A stretch of 64,000 nucleotides of DNA from Podarcis liolepis (lineage: Eukaryota), in assembly GCA_965112155.1 (NCBI GenBank), contig OZ218101.1; one strand, written 5' to 3'. The position numbers and the translations under genes were made by a program. Positions 25,601 through 36,300 of this stretch are shown here, one piece after another. Numbering within the stretch: position 1 is the stretch's first letter; every line of letters starts with the position of its first letter. The notes under the pieces were generated by a model. The model did not search any database. It had not been told where the DNA came from and saw only the letters and a list, made by a program, of their open reading frames with translations.

Positions 25601-28600
25601 ACTGCTATTTATTAAATTTATATACAGCCCTTCACCCGAAGATCACAATGTAGCTTTTTCTCCTAAAGAAGGTCCTCTACTTGTTGATTCCTTTGCCTCC
25701 CATTTTTCTGCACTTTTCAAAGCTGTCTTTTTGGCAAAGGGGTGATCAAGGCAGGTACTTGCCAATAAGGTCACGCCCACTGTATATGCATTTGGAGCAG
25801 ACAAAGTTTAAACAAATTGATCTGCTGCTACTACATCTAGTTTGAGTCTCTGTCTTAATGCTAAATTGGAAGCCTTTACTTCTGGGCTAGCAAATCTGTC
25901 CGCCTGTCCCCCCCAAGATGCTGTTCTCCTCTAGCTCCCATCAGCCCAAGCCAGCATGGCCATTGGTTAGGGATGATTGAAGCTGTGGTCAAGCAACATC
26001 TCGGAGGGACACAATTTCCCAGTCCCTCTTGACCTGGCTTTCTCTCATGGCAGGTGTCTTTCTTCCCTCTATCCTCCTTCTGTTACCTAGATATGTCTCT
26101 GCAGAGCAGTCAGCCACGGATGCCTCCACTTACCCAGTTGCCCTCCAACAAGCTCTTGGAGCAGCTTGAGTCAGAGGTCAGGAACCTTGGCATTTCCCAG
26201 CCCATGATACCTCCGCACCGCGTTGAGAGCAGTCGTCACCCTAGCATCCTCTCCTCTCTGGGCTCAGAGATTGTGGAACGCAGAGTGATCCAACTGCCTC
26301 CCATCATTGAGCGCATCCCATCCTCCCGCAGAACTAGTGGTTCGTCACGACCACGGCGGTCGACATATGCCTCGCGACCCCGGAGCCAAGCGAGTGACGA
26401 CGAGAGGGAGAGGAGGAGGAGGCGCTTGTCTTTGGATGAAGATGACGATTCCTACTCCAGTTACGACCAGGAACTCCGGAACAGACCTAGAGACCGCATA
26501 GTCGAGAGGCAGAGGGCTGGCAGCCATTATGACAGGTCTCGGAGTTCTAGGCCAGACTTATCTCCCATTTTGCATGGTAGGAACAGTTCTGATTCGTATC
26601 CTGAGGAGGATAGAAGGGAGCGTTCCGCACGGCATCCCTCTGACAGAAGGTATTCAGGGCAGCGGGCTTATCGACCTCTCAGTCAGAGGAGCAGGGACTC
26701 TTATCGCCAGGGCCGCCGCCGCCATCGCAGCTGTTCTCCACCATCCCGCCGGGAGTCGTGGAGTTCATCTGATGAGTACGAGCGCTTCCAAGGGAACAGC
26801 AGGCGGCATCGCCAGCGCCGCTCTCCAGACTGGCCAGAGAAACCCCCTAGTTACCGCTCGGTAGAAATCATCCCAGCCAAAGGCGACAAAGCCAGAAGCC
26901 TTGCGGAGCAGCAATCGGTAAACTAAGTGTGACAAATGTTATCTTTCATAATCTCATGGGTTTGTAGCTTTGCTCCCTGCTACAGGCTACTCTCTGGCAG
27001 AGGCTGAAGACAGGAACCATACACAAAGGGATGCCTTGTGCATTTGCACAGGGCTGCTTTCTAAAACTTGTGCCCCTGTTCAAAGACACGTGAATAGGCT
27101 CAAGAGAAGCATGGTCAAGCTCATGGCTATTTCTGAGCAAGGCAAACCAGGCCCTGCTTGCCGCTAGCCTACAAACGCTGCTTCTGTCCTTGCCCCGACA
27201 AGGGCTCAACAAGTTACCAGGACTGGGGCATGGCAGTGAGTAAGGAAGGGAGATAATGGGGAGGTGCTCTGGGGTGGGGGCAGGGAAGCCATCAGGCTGA
27301 GAACAGAAGGTGACACATCTTTTAAGGCACTGGGGTGCTTTTTCCAGCTATTGGGTATGTGGGAGCATCCATTCTAGCCCAAGAGCAAATAATGAAACAA
27401 AGCACTCCAGCCAAGAAGCTTCAGATTCTCTTCTTGGCCAGCATGGTGTTGCTATTCTGGTCTGGAGCATGGTTTGAGTTCTGGTTTCTGGTTTGAGTTC
27501 CATGCCCCCACCAGGGGGGGGGGGTTGGACTTGCTGGCTTTTTATTATTTTTCCAACCTGGCTGCCACTTCTGCATTGCCTTCTTCTTCTGCTGCCCCAA
27601 CCCTCCCTGGTAAGTTGCTGAGCCGTTTGCTTTTAAGGCAAACGGTAGGGAAGCCTTGCGCGTCTTTAGAAAGGAAGCTCTCAGTGGTGTTTGTCTGCAG
27701 CATGCTAGTGAATCAAACATTGATATGGCCCGGTCCAGTTGATGAGAGTCAAAACTGCATGTGACTTGTCTCATGTAGTTCTCCTCCTAAGAGAAAGGTA
27801 GTGGTAGTTGCGGTTTTCACAAGTAGCAAGCAAGTGGGCAGGGGTAGGTGAAAATCTGGATTAGAAAACTGTAGCATTAGGGTCAGACCTGGTTCAGATA
27901 CCTTTGCACTGCTGGTCTGATCCGAGTCAAGGGCTCCACATTAGCGTTTTCAACTGAACCTTTTTGTGCATTTCAAATTATACATGCAGGCAGTCCAAAG
28001 GTTTAAAGCCCGCACCTCCCACTCTAAGACCCTGATCTGGATCAAGCCCCCACAACAACTTATTTGTAAAAAAAAAAAACCGTGCACACTCCAAAAACAA
28101 GCAAAATACCTTGCACACAGAGGTGGAGCTGTGAGACTAATATCATGTGCAGCTTGGCCTTAAAGCACCCAGCTGCAGTGGCACTTCGTTTCCCAGCTGA
28201 AGGAGGAGAAGACACCTGCCGTGAGACGAGAGGGGCAGGAATGGTATATTCCAGCTTGATTCACCAATATGTGATAGTCATTAATATCCAAAGTTGCATT
28301 GCTGTGAACCACCCTTATGTATTGCATCCATCTCCAACCAGAGGGAGCCTCGTGAGTGCTATCGGCCCCAAATAGCTTGTACAAAGGTTCAAAATTTTGG
28401 AGCTAATTACCAGTAACAACATCCATCGTTCAGATGAGCATCATTCAGATCAAGTAGCCTCAAATGAGACTGTGGTTGGGTTAGCCCAGTAGGGAAAGTA
28501 TTGCTGTTTAAAAGCCTGGGAGGGAGGGTGAGAGGGTGAGAATGAATTATCAGTGACCTGTTGCGCTGTCCCCCATTATGGCTGCTTACCAGCTGTTTAC

Positions 28601-28664
28601 TAGCTTTCTTTTTCTCTTCTAGGAAAAAGGCAGTTCTCGCAGCGGAAGAAGCGTTGTAATTTAG
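16264..28664 (+). CDS. ILDR1: Immunoglobulin-like domain-containing receptor 1 (angulin-2), 541 aa
   Basis: Exons 16264-16327, 20808-20978, 22171-22320, 22569-22688, 23362-23508, 24761-24865, 26091-26917, 28623-28664; all GT-AG and in frame. Signal peptide MAWSW..., Ig-V domain ([25 protein letters not shown]...WWDHGVYYC), TM helix, Cys-rich [12 protein letters not shown], Arg/Ser-rich tail and C-terminus SGRSVVI* are all typical of ILDR1. Confidence 0.95.
18695..18930. mobile_element. Tc1/mariner-type MITE
   Basis: TA|CAATGGTACCT...AGGTACCATTG|TA. Confidence 0.8.
19338..19594. mobile_element. hAT-type MITE (opposite orientation, no internal duplication)
   Basis: TSD ATCTAATG/ATCAAATG; reverse complement of the 4814-5135 family. 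Confidence 0.8.
22975..23058 (+). mobile_element. Small L1/Tx1 ORF2 C-terminal fragment
   Basis: Translates [22 protein letters not shown], resembling the L1-clade ORF2 'ARxxIAxxWK' motif. Confidence 0.55.
23570..23897 (-). mobile_element. Sauria SINE in ILDR1 intron 5
   Basis: High similarity to 2842-3221 and to the reverse complement of 59000-59361. Confidence 0.85.
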
Positions 28665-31239
28665 TCTTTTCTTCCTGCTATTGTAAAAAAAAAGTCTGCA
28701 AATCAAAACAGTCATTAGCTGTTCAGTGTAGCAGCCAACGAGAGGAATCTGTTTCATCTCAACCACCTTCAGCCTGGATTTCCTCATCTTGGACACTTTG
28801 ATTTCCAATGCAGTGGTTCATGAAAAAGCATCGTTTTGCTGATAAAGCAAGAATGAGATGGAACTGCTTTTCAACAACATCTAGTTCCCGACATCCCTGC
28901 TCTAGGGTTTGCTAGACGGTTGGCTTTTAAAAACACGCTTTGTACAGGAATAATTTGTACAAGATTAATTGCTTTATTTTTGTACAAATATTGCAACTGC
29001 ATACCCAGTACACCTAAGGTTAATACATGTTGAAATTAACTGATTGCCAATTGCCTGACTCAGAGCCTGACGAAAGTAGCCTTGGATTGCATCAGACTTT
29101 GCAATTTGATATTTACATGAACCGGTTACTGAATGAACTGTACAAGGCAGCTCAGTTGCTGAGCACTGTGAGCAAACAGAAATTAACCAAGATAAACATT
29201 CTGAGGATTTGGTATTGTAATTCAGGTGACTCATAACTTACGTGCATTTAACTTAAGCACATTCAGCTTTACACGGTTGGCAATTAATAATAATAATAAT
29301 AACAATAACAACAACAACAAAAAGGGGGACGGGCGTCCAGGAAAAAAGACTTTGGCAATCCCACCTGGAATTGAACCCAACGCATTTTGGCAATATGTGA
29401 TTTTAGCTTTACACGCTATCCCTGGAACATAACCCCCGTGTAAGTTGATCACCAGGCCTGTACATTGATCACCAGACCTAAGGCCTGGTTCATAGATGCA
29501 CTTTCATCACTTGATGGCCAACAGATGAACAGACTCACATTGACTTGTGTTCAAGGAGACTTGTGTGAGCCATGAGACATTTTTGATGGCACAAGGCAGC
29601 CCTGCCAAGTTCTTAGGATTTTCTTGTCCTGCTGCAGGCCCCCGTTCCCCCATCTCACAGCATGCTAAACTAGCAATCTTCCACCCTCTCTGGAGTGGCT
29701 TAGGGAGGGAGATGTAGAGGGGGAGCCAAGAGAGCTCCATTGTACCAGTGGCATCCCACTATTTCTCCTCTGGATCCATCCCATTGAGTTTGGCTTAAGG
29801 AAAAATGATAAGTTCTGTTCTAGAGCCAGACTGCAGTGTTGGACCTAATACCATGGAGACCCAGGTTCAAATTTCTACTTGGCCCCAACACCTAAACCAC
29901 CTTTGGCCACTCACTTCCTCTCAGACTAACCTTTCTCACAGAGACAGAAGGGATATTATAAAGTATGCTGCTCTGAGCTCCTTAGACGAAAGATGGGATA
30001 CTAAAATACATGTGGTATCATTCAACAACACAGGTTATATGACATGGGGAACAGGCTCAAATCAAAGTAGATAAATGTGATGTTTTATTAAAAAAGACTT
30101 CCTAAGGAACCCTTTGTAGAAGCTTCCTCTTTTCAGATGATGTATAGCAGAATGAAAGGTGCCTATAGCAGATATTTGCAGATACCAGATCGCACCCAAA
30201 TGGAGACTGAAGGTTATCCATTGCGTAATCATTTGATTTTTTTAATCACAGACAATAAATGTGCACCCAGATAACTGGTGTGCCACGAAGTGTAAAAAGT
30301 AGCTAACAAAAATGTTCTGTTTATCATTTAACTTCTGTAAAGTACATTTACCTGTTTTCTGAAATGTAATTGCATCTTCTACACTGTACTAAATGTGAAA
30401 TAGATTGTTAGAGACTATCAATTATATGTAGATTTAACAAGAGAAAACCTAGTCAGTGATTGGTGCAATGTCTGTATTTTCATTTCCTTTCCTGTTTTTA
30501 AAAATATATCCTGGTGGGGTTTTTTTTGGGGGGGGGGGTTGGAGTTGGGGGATTATTACACGATAGTTTTTTCTTTCTTTTTTATCACTTGAGCCAGTGA
30601 TATGTCACCTCATGATATGTCTGGGCTTCTAGGAAGAAGGAACCAGAAGTCCACAAGGCCCAGTGCTAGCACCTGGCAACTTGAAGCAGTTGTTGGGACC
30701 CCAGTGGCTGACAGGCCTCCCCCATGCCTGCTATTTGCGTCTCTGAGCCACCATTTCAATTTTTATATTTTTAAGAAACAAAATTTGAATTCCATTTAAA
30801 AGCTTGGGTGTTACTGATTTTTAAATGTCAAATAACAGCAAAAACTGCAAAAACAAATAAACAACAACCAAAAGGAATACAGGGTATTGACAAAAGAAAT
30901 AAAAAATCAGTTAAAGTGTTTTACAGCAAATATAAATTCATAGGGGCTGCCCCGCTTTTCACTGCACTTGCCATCCTCACATACCCCTTTGCCAACCGCC
31001 CTTCCCTCACACCTGATCAACCCTTTCCCTTTACATTTTACCCATCCCCTCACCTATTCCCCACAACTTGACCTAGCTCCTTCCCCAAGCCCCACTTGCT
31101 TTTAAAGGAGGCGAAAGTAGCGTGCTGCAAAATGTATTTGGAGGGCTCCGTCAGGCCCCCAAACTTGGAGTTAACGACCCCTAGAGTAAAGGGTTAACTA
31201 AAAAGGTTTACCATGTGATTCATTGGGACCCCACACTTC

Positions 31240-31368
31240 CGAACCTATCTATTGCAAAAGAGCAGATGTGGAGCAAGCAGAGACCTATGACCCCTTAAAT
31301 GCATCTATATGAGACCAGTGAGTCTGCTTTGCTTTCAGAGGTGACATCAGCCGCTGCCAGTAAGAAAG
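31240..31368 (+). promoter_or_regulatory. Putative APOV1 core promoter and non-coding exon 1
   Basis: C/EBP-like ATTGCAAAAG (31251-31260), nuclear-receptor DR1 AGACCT-A-TGACCC (31281-31293), TATA-like CTATAT (about 31305), then donor AAG|GTAAGT at 31369. Confidence 0.55.
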
Positions 31369-31527
31369 GTAAGTGAAAAAAGACCTATCTGTGTGTATAA
31401 TGCAGATCAGTTAGGGGAGATATTGAACATGATACATTTCAAGAAATTTGAATGTGGAGTGCACCATCTTGTACTGTTTTTTATTCAACAATATGTCTTG
31501 GGTGGGCTGTGGGGATATTCTCCAGTA

Positions 31528-31768
31528 CAGGGGAACCTCAGTTTTTGAACGTGTCCGCTGCCGAATGTTTCGGAAGCCAAACGCTGAAAATCCAGAAGTG
31601 AATGCTTGTGTTTTCAAACACGCCTTGGAAGTCAGACGGCTTTGGAGGTGCGTTTCTCAATTTTCACCATAGACTTTGCCGCAAGCCCTTTGATCCTCAG
31701 TTTTTGAACGTTTCGGAAGTCGAATGGTCTTCCGGAACCGATTACTTTCAGAAACCGAGGTTCCACTG
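31528..31768. mobile_element. Tc1/mariner-type MITE in APOV1 intron 1
   Basis: TA|CAGGGGAACCTC...GAGGTTCCACTG|TA; internal similarity to 18695-18930. Confidence 0.75.
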
Positions 31769-32171
31769 TATTTGTTACAACTTTTGTGCTAGTACAGTAC
31801 ATACAGTAAGTATATACTTGTTGGCCACTGATTTGCGATTTTGTTAGGCAGGTGATTTTATTACTGATTTCAGGCTGTTTGTCACCATGTGTTTTTTTTT
31901 CCTTTTTAAAAAATGATGGTGGTATAGAAAAATAATAACATAAATAATAAGAACTTGCACAAACAGATCCTGTGAACGGCTGCCGCAGAAGGGAAAAAGC
32001 AAATAGAAATTTGTAGCTGATTTCAGCAGTGCTATGTGTATTTGGTTATTGGTCTCTATTCAAGTGTGGCAGTAGTGTTGCATTTTCCTTAGAAAATACT
32101 GACAGAGTGCTTTCTTTGCAGCACTCTGTACAACTGTAGCATCAGAGTCTTCTGAAACAGTGATCTGGATC

Positions 32172-34578
32172 ATGCTTCAGTATAAAGCTTGGACTGTCAC
32201 TCTGATCCTTCTCCTTGCAAATACCCTTACTGGTAAGATCTAAAGTGCTTTGATCTGGCTTCAGATATGCTTTGCTTGCTGAATATAGGTTCCTGCTATC
32301 ACCATACCCGGTTATACTGTTGAACTAAACAGGAGTCAAAAAATCATTGGGAAAGGGGGGGATAATCTAGAGTTCTTAGTGTATTCTACAGCTCAAAGTC
32401 AAATAATTGCAACTCCAAATACTCCACTGTCCTTAGACATTGGAGAGAGTATTTATTATTAAATCTGTCAAATGATTAATTACTTTAAAAATGTAGTTAT
32501 TCATCCAGTAGGCTGATTCATTTAGGTACTGAAAGGGCCATGTTGCACTTCTTTCCATCAGATATTGTGCATTAGATGAATGCTGTATCTTGCCATCCTA
32601 TACAAGATGAAACCCTAGTTCCAGGGTTTTGCTTATGTGGAGGTTTTCTCATAGACTGACAGACACGCCCAGTTGATTGGGGCAACTGGTTTGAGTACAA
32701 TCTTTAACTCACAGCTAATAAATTAAAGCTCATGGCTTTAAATTCTCACCCCCACCCTTTGCTCAGAAACAAATTCTGCATAATAGCAGATTCAGAAATG
32801 TCGTAGTACAAGGGATCTATCATTCCTCCTGCCTATGCTATTTACAGATCTTGACAATGCTGTGTAAACATGTCTGTGTACACACACACACACATACCCA
32901 ATATATGTGCCTTGCTTCTGAAGTTCTTAGGCAATACCTGTATCCAGCTGGACACTAAATTACAGAAGAGAATTTAAATTCATTTTCCCCTCCCCTCCCC
33001 TCCCCTCCCCTCCCCTCTCTAGAAGTTGATGCTAAAGCCATCTCAAAGAGGCATGTCCGTAATGATTGGATGGTCATACCTGACGCAATTGCATTTTATG
33101 TGTTTGATGCTGTGAACAAAGTGTCTCCTAAAACTGCTGAGTCCTTGTATGGTGCTTTCCAGAATCCAATCATTCTTGAGACAAGGTATGTATGGTGATG
33201 ATGGCACATTTTTGTCATTGGTGGTGGTGGTTCAGTTGTGGAGGTTCAAGCTACAGGAACAAGATTATAGAAATAAACCAGCTTTACAGAGAAAATATGT
33301 ACTTGGGATATATGTCTCCGCCACTAAAGTGTGGACAACGTGTGTTTGTACTGGACTGGTTTACAAAAAAATGCTATATGTGTGAACTTTTCTCTTTCAG
33401 CATTGTACTGCTTTTGGCTAAGAGTATTGGCAAACTCCAGTGGGTGGTATAATTGGTAGCATATTGGCAGAGATGGGATTCACCCGCTGTGTGTTTTGCC
33501 CAACCTGGGAGGCCAGGTACAACCTAGAACCTGCAAAGCACTTGAAAGTAGGGATGGGGGACAAATTCAATTCATTTTAAATTTAAAGCCAAACCTATCA
33601 AATCCACACTTTCCAGAACAGTGCAGTATGCAAACCTTCAAAATTCCCATTTTGCCATTCTCCAACCAACCAGTGCCTACAAAAATGCATATCTCAGGGG
33701 AAAGTGTGCATAAGAATGAAGGTATTAGTGAAAATAACATACCAAAAAATGTGTTATATTAGGGGAAATTGCTTCCAAAAATGTGTGCATTAGTCAAAAC
33801 TACACATAAAAAATGTATGTGTTGGGCTAAATTTTCACTAAATTGCCGGTGAATTTTCATTAGTTATTTTTTTTAAAAAAATGCTGCAGAAATGTGGAGA
33901 ACTGAATTTAAGATTGGAAAAATGAGAAGTTGAGACAACTGCAGTTAGCAGGTCCTTCCATCCATACCAGAATGGGTTTCATATGAATGCCTGCTACCTT
34001 CTCCCACCCCCACCCCATCTTAAGGCTGCTACCAGATGCAGACAAGGATGGCTCAAACAAGAGCCTCCTCCATTGCATTTTTTTCCAGCCTGGTGAAGAG
34101 TTATAGTGAACATAAAAGCTTATTGTGGCATTCTGGTTGGCTTAATAAAGGATAAGAGCTGTAGAATTTCCTGGGAGCTCTGAAGAACATGGATGGCCCT
34201 CTATAAACCGAATGAAGGAGCAATATATTTTGGGAGGGTTCAGGTTGTGAAGCTTCCACCCATGTCCAGCCTATATACGTGTGAGCCATAAGCCCTGCAT
34301 CGCAAAAATGCCACAAGCCTCCAGTGTCTTCCTCCCAAAGGAAACAGATTTAGGGTACGCGGTGAATCCCTGGAGTTCTCAACACTCAGAAAAACGAAGG
34401 AAGCATAAAAATACTGTGTATGAAATGTCGTCTAGCATCTCATCATTACAGGTTTCTATTTCCTTGCAGGAACTTCTTGATAAAGACAACAACTGAAATC
34501 AATCGAGCATTTCAACAACTGCTGGAGAATATACGTGGTTTATGGACAAAGGAAGAAGCAGAACCAGCACAGCACTAG
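32172..34578 (+). CDS. APOV1: Apovitellenin-1 / apoVLDL-II precursor, 110 aa
   Basis: Coding exons 32172-32232, 33023-33185, 34470-34578 give MLQYKAWTVTLILLLANTLTEVDAKAISKRHVRNDWMVIPDAIAFYVFDAVNKVSPKTAESLYGAFQNPIILETRNFLIKTTTEINRAFQQLLENIRGLWTKEEAEPAQH*. It shares MxQY, DWxVIPDA, AVNKVSP and RNFLI with avian apovitellenin-1. A probable non-coding exon 1 ends at 31368 (AAG|GTAAGT) and exon 2 begins at 32122, matching the 4-exon avian layout. Confidence 0.9.
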
Positions 34579-34655
34579 GACCTAAACGAATCTGTGGAGT
34601 GGCCTCTTCCTTGTATTCATCAGTGGATCATAATGTGCAGAGGGTTATCTTGGTA

Positions 34656-35150
34656 TAGTTTTTAGTATTATTATTATTTCATTTTATAATGTATATAAAA
34701 CAGACAACAATTATAACAACCGACAAAAAATTAAAGATGAAAAACAAAACTATAAAATAGGCATATGGAATGAGTAATTGGACATGAGTTAAATTAACAA
34801 AGTCCAAGTAAAGACTATCAAATTTACCAGATCATTAAGTTCAGTTTCAGATTTGCCAGGCTTGTGATGAAGGTTATCTTGAAAACGATGGCTCCACTGT
34901 ATATGTCATAAAGGAATGCCAAATCATATAAAAAGTTTCTGGAGGTTCTAGCACTCATCGAAATCTCCAATTATGCTTGATTTTCTCCTTTATAGCTATA
35001 TTCTAGAGTGAATGGTACCAAGCGTCTAGTGTAAGATTTTGGGCTGTTTTCCACTGAATTGCAATTATTGTTTGTGCTGCCAAGATCTTATATAAGACCA
35101 GTTCTTTTGGCGATATATTTACATTGGTATCATCAAAAAATATTCAGTCA
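34656..35150 (-). mobile_element. L1-clade LINE 3' fragment, antisense to APOV1
   Basis: Minus strand reads ILAAQTIIAIQWKTAQNLTLDAWYHSL*NIAIKEKI...FYMIWHSFMTY (ORF2 C-terminus), followed by a 3'UTR and an A-rich tail toward 34656. Confidence 0.7.
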
Positions 35151-35769
35151 CATGATTTCCAGTGCCTCACAAAGCATCACAAGTCATGTCCAAGGCTTTG
35201 TGGGGCCTTGGAGGTGGAGTCTGAGGTCTCACAGGGCCTTGGACATGACTTCCGTGGTTCCTAGGCACCGCTGCAGAGCTCACAAGGTGATGTCATGGCT
35301 CAATGTGAGGTCAGTATGTCACATTATGTTGTAGACCGCTAGGCACCCATAATCTGGGGCCCAAATTGGCACCCTGGATCCAACAGAAGTCAAGCATGGC
35401 TCTCTCTCTCTTCCCAGCCTGCTTCCAACTTCTAACTTTTAGCTCACATAACCCAACTCTCACTCCTAGCCTTTGTCTTTCCAAATACCAGCAAGTTGGG
35501 GGAGAGGGTCCCACCCATTTGTTATCTCGCATAGAGCCACTTCCTTTGTTACCTTAATGACCCATACTTCAACAATTACCTCATCAGGAAGTTAGCCTGG
35601 CTTTTCCAGGAATTGAAATTGGATCCAGGAATTTGAAAGGCGCTCAAGCATACAGCCTATGTCTCCTAAACTCAGAACAGTACAATTTAGAAACAAATTC
35701 ATTTCCCTCTCTACCTGTTGTGTTTAATAAATTGTATTAAGGGTCTCAGAGCTTGTGTTTTTACATGTT

Positions 35770-36300
35770 CTTTTATAATAAAACTATAAATTTGATGGAA
35801 ATAAATCCAGTTTGTGTTAAGATTTGACGAAGTTAATTTTATTTGGTTACTGGCTACAGGCTATAGATAATTGGTATAGAAATCTCGTAATGTGTATACA
35901 AGATTTGCAGTATTCAAATTGCTTATCTCTCCCTTGCTGGAAAAAAATATCTGGGTGAGTTGATATTGGAATTAATGGAAAAACAATAGGTGCAAATTTA
36001 GGTTGCCATGTTTTCAATATCTGAATAGTACAATTAGTAAATGGATTTGGTATAGAGTTCATTAGATCTGGTTTAAGATTCTCCTAGCAAGAGATGTTTA
36101 GAGAGTTTGATTTCCCAGTGTTTATTCGCTTTGATTATATATAATAACCGTATCAGTTGAAATGCAGAGTAGTAGAAATATAAATTAGGTATACCCCATC
36201 CATCGAACTGAGCTCTGCGAAATAAAAAGTATTGACTTAGTCTAGGTTTTTTTCTTTTGCAAAATAAAATTATTATTTTAAGTTGGTATGTTTTCTCATG
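35770..36300 (-). mobile_element. L1-clade LINE ORF2 internal fragment
   Basis: KKPRLSQYFLFRRAQFDGWGIPNLYFYYSAFQL matches the post-RT 'KPRI...GGLGLPNL..YY.A' motif of L1-clade ORF2. Confidence 0.7.

Noticed and set aside
26054-26926. 290-aa Arg/Ser-rich ORF as a standalone gene
   Set aside because: It is ILDR1 exon 7 (26091-26917) with intronic overhangs.
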